From: Podarcis filfolensis
Lineage: Eukaryota
Direction: 5' to 3' (one strand)
Assembly: GCA_964270895.1 (NCBI GenBank)
Contig: OZ185442.1
DNA: 64,000 nt
The position numbers and the translations under genes were made by a program. Below the pieces are notes generated by a model. It did no database searches. It was not told the origin of the DNA and saw only the letters and a list, made by a program, of their open reading frames with translations. Of the stretch, positions 52,125 through 62,635 are shown piece by piece (position 1 is the stretch's first letter; each line of letters opens with the position of its first letter).

Positions 52125-52897
52125 GTACTGTTATTTGAGGACCAAAATGTACTCTCTCTCTCTTTCTGTGTATATGTGTTTGTTCTTCCACCTGACCTTG
52201 TTCTAAGCAGCAGTCCTCTTTTTCTGCTTGATGGCAAGAGGTCAGGAATAGCCCAGAAGCACTGCTGGGTTGGTGATGTCATGGAATATGCAGAAGACTC
52301 TGCTGGACACACATAAGAGAAGCTTCCAGAGGGTTAGACTTGCGGGACTCTTTGTTGCACATAAGAAAGTTTCAGTACTTACTTTAACTGTCAAAGAGCT
52401 CTGGGAATTGTAGTTCTTTGAGGAAACTAAATGAGTTGTCAGTGGACTCAGGTGATGCCCATGACTCAGCCCCTCTGCATGTCACCGGTGTTCATTGGTA
52501 GAAGAGCATTCTGATTTATGCCACGATGACAGTTTCCTAAGTGACAGCACTAGGTGGCTATGTCTCTGGGGCCTTGTGTACATTTCTGCCTCATTCCTGT
52601 GAATGGGGATTTTCAGTCTTACACTTCCTTAACATTCTGGTTTCCACACAATATCCCAGAGCACCATGCAAACCTAAAACTCAGCACTTGAAAAACTCTT
52701 TTTAGCACAAAGGATTAGAGAGCAAAGAAGAACAGGTGCCGCTGGGGAAGAATCAGCATGGCTTCTGCAAAGGAAGATATTGTAGAGCTGGAAATTCAAC
52801 TTCATGTGCAGAGGCAGTGAAAAAGGAAAATTCCATGCTAGGGATAATTCAGAAAGGGGCTGAAATTGAGACAGTTATATAGGAAGGAATGCTTATA

Positions 52898-53110
52898 CAG
52901 TCATACCTCGAGTTGTGTTTGCTTCACGTTGCGTTTTTTCTGGTTATGAACGTGGCAAACCCGGAAGTGTTTACTTCCGGGTTCACTGCTTCGCGCATGC
53001 ACAGGAGCGATCTACCGCGTCATGCGCAGAAGCGGCACTCTACTTACAGACTTTTCGGGGTGCGGACAGCACCCTGGAATGGATCGCTTCTGTAAGTAGA
53101 GGTACCACTG
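52898..53110. mobile_element. Tigger-like MITE, second subfamily, opposite orientation
   Basis: TA|CAGTCATACCTC ... GAGGTACCACTG|TA. Confidence 0.9.
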
Positions 53111-53986
53111 TATACCCATTAAAGTCTATTCTGTTCCAGCTTTGAACTGGGACGGGACTAAATCCACCCTGCTCTGCTTCAGTGCATATTCTTGATGGTC
53201 TGATCCATTTGCTTTCTTTGTGCCCTGGCTTCACCTGCTGTTTGGGGAAGCAGCCTTGAGCCTCTTTGTGGGAAGTCCCTTGATGAGTGCGGGACTCGGA
53301 AGTCAGCAGATGCCCCAAGGAAGAGGACTGAAAGCACAGGAGTCCAGTGAAGCTGGGGGATCCTGACTGGGGAGCGTCTCCAGGGAGGTAGAAATGGGAA
53401 GCAAGTTGAGAAGCAGCCCCCAGCACAAGGAACTTCATGCACATGTCTGGGTAGACCATAGGTAGCCAGCATAGTGCCCTCCGGATGCTGGACTTCAGCT
53501 CCCATAAAGCCTAGCCAAGGACAGTGGGAGTTCTGAGTCCAACAACATTTTGATGGCAACATGTTGGCTACCTTTGAAGCAGACTGTAGTTCAGACAAAA
53601 GGGTTGCACTTTAAATGTTCCCAAAAGAGTAATCAGTGACCAGGTTAGAGGATCATGGGCTGGGCCAGACAGACAGACAGGCAGGCAGGTTGCAAGAGAG
53701 GAAGCCTGCTCATGAGAAAGTGATTGTTTGCTGAGTGTCTTTGCTTGAGAGATCACAGCTATAATCTCTGGTGGAAACAGTTTTTCCAGAGAGACATGGT
53801 GACTTGTGAATGGCCCAAGATCATCAGCAAAGTGGGGGTGGCCTTTGCAACACTGTGGAAATCCTTGTTAATATTTGGTGTGTGTGTGTGTGTTGAATCA
53901 TGGTTGGGTAAAGAAACCCTCTTCTAGAAGACAACTGAAGTTGAAGGTGATCCTAATCTACAATAGTGGTTGGTAATTACAGAACC

Positions 53987-54412
53987 TAGTGATGTATGGA
54001 AGTGAGAGCTGGACCATAAAGAAGGCTGATCGCCAAAGAATTGATGCTTTTGAATTATGGTGCTGGAAGAGACTCTTGAGAGTCCCATGGACTGCAAGAA
54101 GATCAACCCTATCCATTCTTAAGGAAATCCGCCCTGAGTGCTCACTGGAAGGACAGATTGTGAAGCTGAGGCTCCAATACTTTGGCCACCTCATGAGAAG
54201 ACTCCCTGGAAAAGACCCTGATGTTGGGAAAGATGGAGGGCACAAGGAGAAGGGGACGACAGAGGACGAGATGGTTGGACAGTGTTCTCGAAGCTACCAG
54301 CATGAGTCTGACCAAACTGCGGGAGGCAGTGGAAGACAGGAGTGCCTGGCGTGCTCTGGTCCATGGGGTCACGAAGAGTCAGACACGACTAAACAAATAA
54401 ACAACAACAACA
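53987..54412 (+). mobile_element. RTE-BovB LINE, 5'-truncated 3' end
   Basis: Encodes MYGSESWTIKKADRQRIDAFELWCWKRLLRVPWTARRS (BovB RT C-terminus) with a frameshifting deletion and a (CAA)n tail. Perfect 12-bp TSD AATTACAGAACC at 53975-53986 and 54413-54424. Confidence 0.95.
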
Positions 54413-56850
54413 AATTACAGAACCAGCTGATGAGCATTGCTCTGGTTTAACTAAGCCCCGAATAGCAGGATGTGATTTTGTGTCTGTGTTAGGGATGGAC
54501 AGACAGACACAGCTCAGCAGGAGGGCATCTGCTTTGCATACAAAAGGCTTCAGGTTCAATTCTTCTTAGCATTGCCAGTTATAGGGCTGGGAAAGATTCC
54601 TGCCTGAAACCCCGGAGAGCTGCTGGAAGTCAGGTGAATTGGCACAAGGCAGCTTTCTGCATCCCTATGTGTTGTCAGTCTTTTTCTTTCATCAAGTGCA
54701 TGTTTCTGGTTAGTCCATTGCTATAGAACCCATTGAGTACCTGGAGCCCAGTTACCTATCCTGTGTATCGGATCGGAACCTGACTTTCATAAGGTAGCCT
54801 TTGCGGTGTCCAGCTGCAGATCTTGTAATTGCTGGAGGCTTTGCAGCAGCCAGCAGCCTTTCTCAACCTGGTGTCCTCCAGACATTTCAGACTACAATTC
54901 CCATCAGCCCACCACATCACCATGTAGCCATGATGGCTGGGGCAGGTGGAGTTGCAATCCAAAACACCCAGTGGGCACAAGGTTGTAGAAAGCTGCTGTA
55001 AAGAATCTTCCAAAGGGCACAGCTGGGTCCGTGCTTTGCTCTGTTTGAGAAGTGCCTTTGGTTTGTTATTTTTTCCCATTGCCGTCTTTTTGTGCTGAGC
55101 TCCTCCGCTGCCCTGAGCCTCCCTCTCTGCTCCCCCTTCCGTCTGTTAGGCCAGCCCAGGTCACTGACAATAGCAGCTTTGCTGTGGCCTCTGTTCTTGG
55201 CCTTGGTCAGGAATGCCAGACGGTTGGTTGGTTATCTTCTGGATGGGCAAGGGGGGAATGTGGGCAAGGGTGGGACAGCGGGTAGCCAGCCAGTGAGGCA
55301 GCAGCGGGGGCTGCTGAGAGTTGAGCAGTCGGGTGGTAACAGGTTGCTTATCGGAAGCACTCTCTGGGAAAAGATTAAGCCGTTGAAGATAAGCTGGCAA
55401 GACCTTGATGTTGTTGGTGAGAAGGAGCAAGGGACTTATTCTTAGCTCAGTGGATAGGATAGTGTCTCTCTCTCTTTGTGTGTGTGTGTATGTTGGGGGT
55501 GGGAGGGCTAATCTCATTAGACACCAAGATCTACCCAGGAGGAATAAGGCTGGGTGACAGGCTCTTAAGGGAGGAGAAAAAGCATCGGACAGAGTACTCA
55601 TGGAGTTATTTCCTGGGTGGCAGTGAAGGAAGCCAGAAGCTGATGTTTTCTGCTGGGCCTGGTCGCTGCCAGGGTGCTTAAGTGATGCTGGAGCTTTGTG
55701 CTTAACTTGCTGGAAGTGGGGAGCACTCAGCTTGGGTCAAAGAGACTGAAGTGGAGTTATATTTAGAAGAAGAGGAAAAGGAAGATGACTGATAAGCTAG
55801 CCCCCGTTATCTCTGCCGTGGACGCTCCAAACCATTGCCCTCTTCAAATGGCGTAGTCTTCTGCTGAGCTAGTGCTTTTGCAGAGCTGAGCTCTGGAAGT
55901 TTTGGGGACTGTCTTCAGCTTGAGGATGTTTTATTTGTGAAGATGCTGCAGGCCCCCAATGAATGCAGAGAAAGAAGAACAGCCTATTGTTCTGCCTTAG
56001 TGTTTCAGTCCGTCTGGTGACTCTGGGAGTTCACATTAGAACCAGGAGGCAAACAGCCTGGAGCTGCATTGCTGAGTTCTCTTGAGAGAGGTGCTGGCTG
56101 GACCTTCTGACTCCCACATGCTGCTTGCTGCATGGAGGTGGCAACTTGGGTGTGATGGAGTTTTGGCTGGAAGTTGGGATTTTTAGAGAGAAAAAGCTGA
56201 AGAACTGGAAAATTCCTCTTCTGTTCCAAGTCCCTGAGTAGTCGTGAGTTGTCCTTTCCCAATGTGTCTTGGATTTGTACCTCTTGCTCAACCTGAAGAA
56301 GAGAATCTTTTTCTCAGTCTCTTTTCTCTCTTGAGGAGTGGTGGACCTGCTGAATGCTTTTTACATCTATCTTGACCTGATCGCCTCCTTTCTTGAGTGC
56401 AAAGGTGATGGTGGGAATAGGAAGTTTCCACCAAGGACATTGTAGTGACTGAATGAAGTGTAACCCATTCTGGGGTGCGGCAGGATATTGACCAACCTCC
56501 TTGCCGCTGCTGAATCTTCATGCACAGCTGAGGCCTATGCCTGCCTGCCCCTTTGAGGTCTGCTGATGATGTGGCTATTTTGAAATATTTGTGCTGGACC
56601 ACCGGATTATTTTTGTTTTGCTTGTGTCTCAGAGGGTTTTTGCTGTCTCTCCCCAACTATGGAAGACGTTGGCACCTTCTTGCAAAGTGAACCCCTTTCT
56701 CTTTGAAGCCTCTGAGGCTCCCTTCTTTGTGGGACTGTTTGCAGAGATGTTCTGAAGGGAGGCTCATGCGCGTGCGCGCTTTCTTTTGCTCCTGATCACG
56801 AAGGAGGAAGCTGTGGGAGGAGCTGTGGTGAGGAAGCCGGCAGCCAGGGC

Positions 56851-57031
56851 ATGGGGCTAGGAGACCACGCTGAGGATAACAGACTCCAGGGGAAACCCGG
56901 AGTTGGAAGAGCTCTCTTGCAAACCAAGGACTTGATGCCAATGGCGCTGGGCTCTGAGGGGTCCATGTGGCACATCTTCAGAGGGGAGAGGGAGCTGAAC
57001 GCCCACCTCGTGTGCAAGATGTGCTGCTTTG
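56851..57031 (+). CDS. MACF1: Probable MACF1 alternative first coding exon, plectin-1g-like: MGLGDHAEDN...SMWHIFRGERELNAHLVCKMCCF|(D)
   Basis: 60 codons +1 nt, strong Kozak context GGCATGG (alternative ATGs at 56935 and 56941), TTG|GTTAGT donor, phase 1. The last 21 aa align without gaps to the plectin 1g end WLDGGCEPARRGYLYQQLCCV (recalled). Confidence 0.65.
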
Positions 57032-58322
57032 GTTAGTACGGCCTCCTCGTTGGTTACATCTTCCTTGATGGGGGGTGGGGGGGTGGAGTGCGTGGCAGCC
57101 TCATCCTAAGCATGGCTACTCACTCATGGTTACTTCACTTGCTTCCTATAAAGTGTCCTGAGGAGTAAAGCCTGATCGTTCTGACTCATTCATGGGACAT
57201 GCCATCACCTAATATCTTTCTGTTTTCCCTTTCTTTTTTTTAATTCCAACCTTGTAGGAAGAGAATTTGGGGCATCAAAGGAAGGTTTCTGGGGGAAAGG
57301 AAAGGGGGAGCAGAAAGGGCTGTGCTAAGAGCGGAGGCAGCTGCCTTGAGCAAGAGATTTTGGCCACTGATAGAGGAGGGGTGTGGGGGGGGTACAGAAC
57401 TGATTCATAGCTGAGGCACAATTCACCAGAAAGGGGCATCCTGTGCAATGGGTGGAATTGGTGTGACTCTAGTTCACTTAAGCTCAGTGTGACTTGCACA
57501 GGAAAACTTAAAACAGAGGGTTGGGCCTTGACTTCTAATGGGCTTTGCTTTGTAACAAGGGACTATCTTTCCCACACATTTTTGTAACCATTATTTTGTT
57601 GGAGAAACGCATTGCAAAATTCAGAGAAGTGCTAATTTTAAAGGTTAGCCATGTTTCAATTCACTTGTTGTTTTGGGAAGTACAAGTTTGGGAGCTTTGC
57701 ATTAAAATGTGAACTGAACTAAATTCCTCCCCAAGTCATGTAGTAGACACAGTTGTTGTCCTCCCTCCCTCCTTCCCTCCTCAGTCTTTTCTGCTGACTG
57801 GTGAGAATATACTTTCTCCCTCTTCTGAAGCCATAACTAGACGTTGGTTAGTTGATAGAAATGCAACACTAAGTTATGGTGTGATAAGGGAAATTTAATG
57901 TAGCATGGAGATGGTTTTCTTCTGTAAAGGTACGTATTTTCTGTTCTTGGGTGGTTTTTTTGGAATGTTCTTTTTGGGAACCGCGTCCTGCAAGGATGGG
58001 GAGCCTGTGGCCCTCTAGAGACAGGCTGGACTCCAACTCCCATTAGCATGGTTAATGGTCCAGGGATGATGGGAATTGTAGTTCAGCAAAATCTGGAGGG
58101 CTGCAATGTTCACCATCCCTGACTTACATATAGTTTATATTATGTGATAATAAAGTAAACATATATTGGGGATACATATACAAAATCATTATTTATTTTT
58201 TTTAAAAAAATCGATTATATGAGTACTTAAGTGAAATAGTGAAGAGCATATGTTCCTTTATTTCCCCAACCAGTTGCCCCCCAGATGATTCAGAGCACAG
58301 TTCTCAGCAGCCTCTGCCAACA

Positions 58323-58859
58323 TGTATCATGGACTGGCTGGATGCAGAGGGAATGGTGGGAAGCACCAGCTGGGAAGAAAGCTCTGAACCTGGGGATTGG
58401 TGGTGGGATGATGAGTGGTCAGAGGAAGAAGACTGGGCAGAGGAGGTGTCAGAAGCTGAAGAGGTAACAGGGTTTTGTGAGCAGGAAGAGGCTGTGGCAC
58501 AGAGCAGTCCAGAATCAAAGGCAGAAGTGGAGGCTGGAGAGGAAGGGGGCCAAAAGGCAGAGAGGAGTCAGGCTAGTGAAGAAGCCAGGGGGTCTCCCTT
58601 TCCTGCTGCAAGCAGCTCCCCTCTTCCCAGTCTCCCAGAACCAGAAGAGGTATGAAGATGGAGGAGCAAAGATAGGCATGGTGACGGAGTCTCAGATTGC
58701 TTGGGAAGGAACTGGGGGGTGGGAAGGAGACTTAGGCAAGATCTACTGGGATGAATCGCTGTGCTCACTAGGCCTGGCCTCCTGAGTTGACCTTGTTTCC
58801 TTGAATAAAGGATTAACTTCACTGATGCTGAATGATTTATTGCGAACCTGCCACTGACA
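58323..58859 (+). mobile_element. Putative solo LTR (Gypsy-like) with a purine/Glu-codon-rich interior
   Basis: TG...CTGACA termini, AATAAA at 58804-58809, and a long internal match to 48505-48720. No TSD recognised. Confidence 0.6.
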
Positions 58860-59324
58860 CCTGCTCCCAACAGCACAGCTATCCTAGCTGGTGCTGATGG
58901 GAGTTGTAGTCCACACCATCTGGCGAGCACTTGCTTGCAGGCGAGCTGCTTTCAAAGGCCGTCACTGACCAGAGTGCAGAAGGCATTAATAAGCCAAGAC
59001 GGAAGCATTGTGAGGCAGGATTCTGGGTGTTGTTCTGCAGGTAACCTTAAGAAAATAGAAATGTTTCTGAATTCCCATGAAAATGTCAGTGCAGGTAACT
59101 CCTTCACAGCTGATTATTCAGGTATGCTGATTTTTGCCCAAATGAGAATATAGTATCAATGGGTAGAGATTTCAGGGTATTCTCCAACTAACCTGCTGGA
59201 AGTGCGTCTTCTGGGCTGGTGTCCTATCTGCAGCCACCCAATAGCAGTGCAGCTGAGTGGACAGAGAGGCATTTGGGAGCCACCAGGTCCCGATAAGATT
59301 TGGGGAGGTCTTTAACCTTACCAG

Positions 59325-59711
59325 GGACGCGGGTGGCACTGTGGTCTAAACCACTGAGCCTTGGGCTTGCCGATCAAAAGGTTGGTGGTTCGAATCCCCA
59401 CTACGGGGTGAGCTCCCATTGCTCAGTCCCAGCTCCTGCCAACCTAGCAGTTTGAAAGCACACCAAAAAGTGCAAGTAGATAAATAGGTGCCACTCCAGT
59501 GGGAAGGTAAATGGCGTTTCCTTTCGCTGCTCTGGTGTTGGTGTTCCATTGTGCCAGAAGCGGCTTAGTCATACTGGCCACATGACCCAGAAAAACTGTC
59601 TGCAGAACGGACAAAGGCCGTCTTCCTTGGCCTGTAAAGCGAGATGAGCGCCGCAACCCCAGAGTCGTTCATGACTCGACTTAACTATCAGGGGTCCCCT
59701 TTACCTTTACC
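59325..59711 (+). mobile_element. Sauria SINE, full length
   Basis: A and B boxes and an (ACCTTT)n tail. TSD TTTAA(C/T)CTTACCAG at 59311-59324 and 59712-59725. Confidence 0.92.
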
Positions 59712-60539
59712 TTTAATCTTACCAGTGCAGCCCCCTGAAAATGAAATGAGTCTTGCAGTTATGATGGGAGGAACTGGAGGCACCTTGGCTCTGTGTTTCC
59801 ACAACGTTTCATGGTGATTTTCTTGAAATAGCAAATATATTTTGAGAAGCGTTTTGTAGAACATGGGTGGCTCACCTTTGTTTGACCTGAGAGCAGCTCT
59901 CAAGGTTGGCTGACCCTCATGGTGCTCTTTGTTGAAGTGGCTGTGGCTACTCAACATGCGAATGTCAGTAATAAATAGCCCATCCCTGGAGAGTGATTAG
60001 AATGGGTTGCCCCGGGGGTAGGGGCTCCTTGCTTGCTTTTTAAATCTGCAGATGTTTAAAAATCTATACAAGGCCATTTGAGGAAAAGCCCCATTGATGT
60101 TTTGGCTAGGCCTCCGCAGAAGGAGAGTCCTTGACATGACAGCCTGTGCGCATGAATCACAATAAGTTGTGCTTGCTCCTGGATCTTGATTGCAGAGAGG
60201 CCAAAGGTCAGGGCTGGGTGAATTTGTGCTGGAGATGATAGGACTCAAAAAATAAAAAATAGAGGGGTGGGTGGGGGAGTGTGTGATGGGTTTGTTCCCC
60301 AGAATATGCAGAGTTGTGATGATTCGCACAGGGCACCAATGCCCATGGATCTTTATAGATCAGCTTAAGCAGAGAAAAATAGTAGGTCCCTTCTCAAAGT
60401 ATAAATTAGGCTTCTCCAACCTGGTACCCTCCAGATGTTTTGGATTACAACTCCCATCAGCCCCAATATAATTTAGCTGTGCTGGCTGGAACTGATGGGA
60501 GTTGTAGTCCAAAACATCTGGAATGCACCTGGTTTCATA

Positions 60540-60637
60540 AGGCTGATGGAGTCTCCTTCCTTGGAGGTTTTTAAGCAGAAGTTGGATGGCCATCTGTCAT
60601 GGATGCTTTCCTACTCTACAATTCTATCATTCTGTGA
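60540..60637 (+). mobile_element. CR1 3' fragment, internally deleted
   Basis: GGAGTCTCCTTCCTTGGAGGTTTTTAAGCAGAAGTTGGATGGCCATCTGTC followed by an ATTCTATCATTCTGTG tail. Confidence 0.8.
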
Positions 60638-61479
60638 ACTTGGGCAATGCAAGAGAGAAGAAGGGGAGGCAGGAAAGGGAATTGTTAGAGAGTAACAAGG
60701 AGTGTGTCACTTCCAGTAACCAGGCCAAGATGTGTGGTGTTTTGGCTTTTTCGGGTTTTCGTTTTAATTTTAAATTAGTCTGGAGTCTCATAATCAATGT
60801 TTGTGAGTAGCCTCACAAAAAAAGCACTGCTCATTATTGAGATTAATATGTAGCCTTTGTCCCCTTTCAGGGTCTGTTTGGGGTGTTTATGAGGGAAATA
60901 CTTATATAGCATGAATTTGCTAGTGACGATGGAGTTGGTAAACCTTGGATTTGGTGTGCGGCTTGGCTTCCTTGCTGAAGTTGCCTGGAGCTGTTTGCTC
61001 TGCAAGGGTCCTCTGGTGGTGTCCCCCACCCTACTGCACAATGTGCTCTGGGTTGATCTGGGCTGTGGGGATGGCCCTATGTTTCACACTGAAGTTGGAT
61101 TGAAAACTTGGACTCAAACGGCTTTGATTACCTCCCAAACATTGGGAGGGAGGGAGTTGGCTGGGGGAGGGAGTTGTTTGTAGCACAGAACTGGTGGGCA
61201 TCTGCTCCAAGGTGGGAAGGGTGCTGAGAGCAGAGCCATCACCCCCCACACACTGTGTGTTTTCATTTGAGATGTATGTATAGTCCAGGGTGCTTGGATT
61301 TTTTTCTTTTTTTAAAAAAGCTTCAGGTGTCCTTGGGTTGAGCTTGAGGGCCTAAAATAAATGTTAAATCCCTAAAATCCAATGAACCAAAATACAGTGA
61401 AAGAATAAGCCGCTAATTGCCTGCATTGTTTTAGGCTCTAGAAGGGTAGCTTCTTACAACCGATAAATGCGCTTGGTTT

Positions 61480-61522
61480 ATGTCGTTTATAAAACCTCTG
61501 CGCTCGGGAAAGGCAGCAAAGG
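61480..61522 (+). CDS. Candidate short alternative first exon: MSFIKPLRSGKAAK|(D)
   Basis: 14 codons +1 nt, upstream in-frame TAG at 61447-61449, AGG|GTACAG donor, 213-nt intron to the common exon. Weak Kozak context and only faint resemblance to the plectin 1a end (LAVLRASEGKK). Confidence 0.3.
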
Positions 61523-61735
61523 GTACAGGCTGAGACCCTCGTTCGAGAAAGCAACCTGTGTCTGTGTGTGCATGGTTTGGCCTCTCCCTAAGTGCCCTTA
61601 TATGCATGCATCAGCTCCGAGAAAAGGTTGTGATGCTCCTGCTTGTCACCTGCAACACGAAATGCTCTTTGTTTTTCCAGGTGACTGATTTGCTAACTTA
61701 GGCCTCTCTCTCTCTCTTTCTGCTCTTTTTAACAG

Positions 61736-61797
61736 ATGAACGGGATCGGGTCCAGAAAAAGACTTTCACCAAATGGGTGAATAAGCACCTGATGAAG
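61736..61797 (+). CDS. MACF1: MACF1 common exon, start of calponin-homology domain 1: (D)[20 protein letters not shown]
   Basis: 62-nt exon with branch-like TGCTAAC, a long pyrimidine tract, AACAG acceptor and AAG|GTAAGC donor. It is entered in phase 1. WVNKHLMK matches MACF1 rather than DST (WINQHLMK) or PLEC (WVNKHLIK). Confidence 0.97.
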
Positions 61798-61984
61798 GTA
61801 AGCACGGTGCTGTTTCTGATCTTATCACTACCAGCAGCCAGCATGGTGGGGCAGAACCACCCTTCCAACCACCCTGTTGCTGCAGTTTACCTGGGACCGG
61901 GCAAGGCACCATGGCAGTGAGGTTGGCGCTGCACAGGTACACTGGCAGAGCCAGCCACATGCTCCTGCTCTTGTGTCTGCACAG

Positions 61985-62026
61985 CCCCAAATTCCCCACT
62001 ACCCTCTCTTGCCCTGGTGCCTCCAG
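61985..62026 (+). CDS. Candidate 42-nt in-frame cassette exon (PQIPHYPLLPWCLQ) between the two CH1 exons
   Basis: Acceptor CTCTTGTGTCTGCACAG, donor CAG|GTAAGC, phase 0/0, no stop codon. Confidence 0.3.
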
Positions 62027-62545
62027 GTAAGCTGCAGTGATGCTGATGTCAGGAGGCACCCCACTCTGCTGGCTGCTACTGCTTAGCACCCAGCAAGAGC
62101 TTGTTAGATTATCCTCTCCTCCTTTATTTATTGTTTGCCCCATGGCATATGCTCAGTTTTGAAAGGCTCTGGGCTTTAGTTATGCATATATCCCTATTCT
62201 CAGTACTGAGAATAGTAGTGCACATTATTTTCTTTTTTTTTGGAAAATGTAGCATGTTCTTGGTTCTTATGGCAGCAGAAACAGGCTTTGAAGTTTGAAA
62301 TGCCCAGCACAGAGCTTGGTGGTGGTGGGTGATCTTTTAACTTTTCTGTATTTAGCTTTAGTCTTTGCATGGAATATTACCATGAATCCCTCTTTTCCCT
62401 CCTCCTGCTCTTGAGTTTTTCTTACCACTACCCAACCAACCCAATGGGCAGCAGGAGGAGCCCACTGCTTTGTCTTGCTGTGTTGCCTGGACATTCCTCA
62501 GGCAGAGCATCTGAACAGGTGTCTTCTTCCATTTTGGTCCTACAG

Positions 62546-62635
62546 GTGCGCAAGCACATCAATGACCTCTACGAGGACCTGCGAGATGGCCACAACCTCA
62601 TCTCTCTGCTGGAGGTCCTCTCTGGTGTCAAACTG
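62546..62635 (+). CDS. MACF1: MACF1 CH1 exon: [30 protein letters not shown]
   Basis: 90 nt, phase 0/0, CCTACAG acceptor, CTG|GTGAGT donor. VRKHIND...SG[IV]KL is diagnostic of MACF1 (PLEC has AQRHISD...SGDSL, DST has VRKHVND...SGDTL). Confidence 0.97.

Noticed and set aside
58239-58655. Acidic 138-aa ORF as a possible host exon
   Set aside because: The same sequence recurs at 48.5 kb with frame disruptions, so it is a dispersed repeat.
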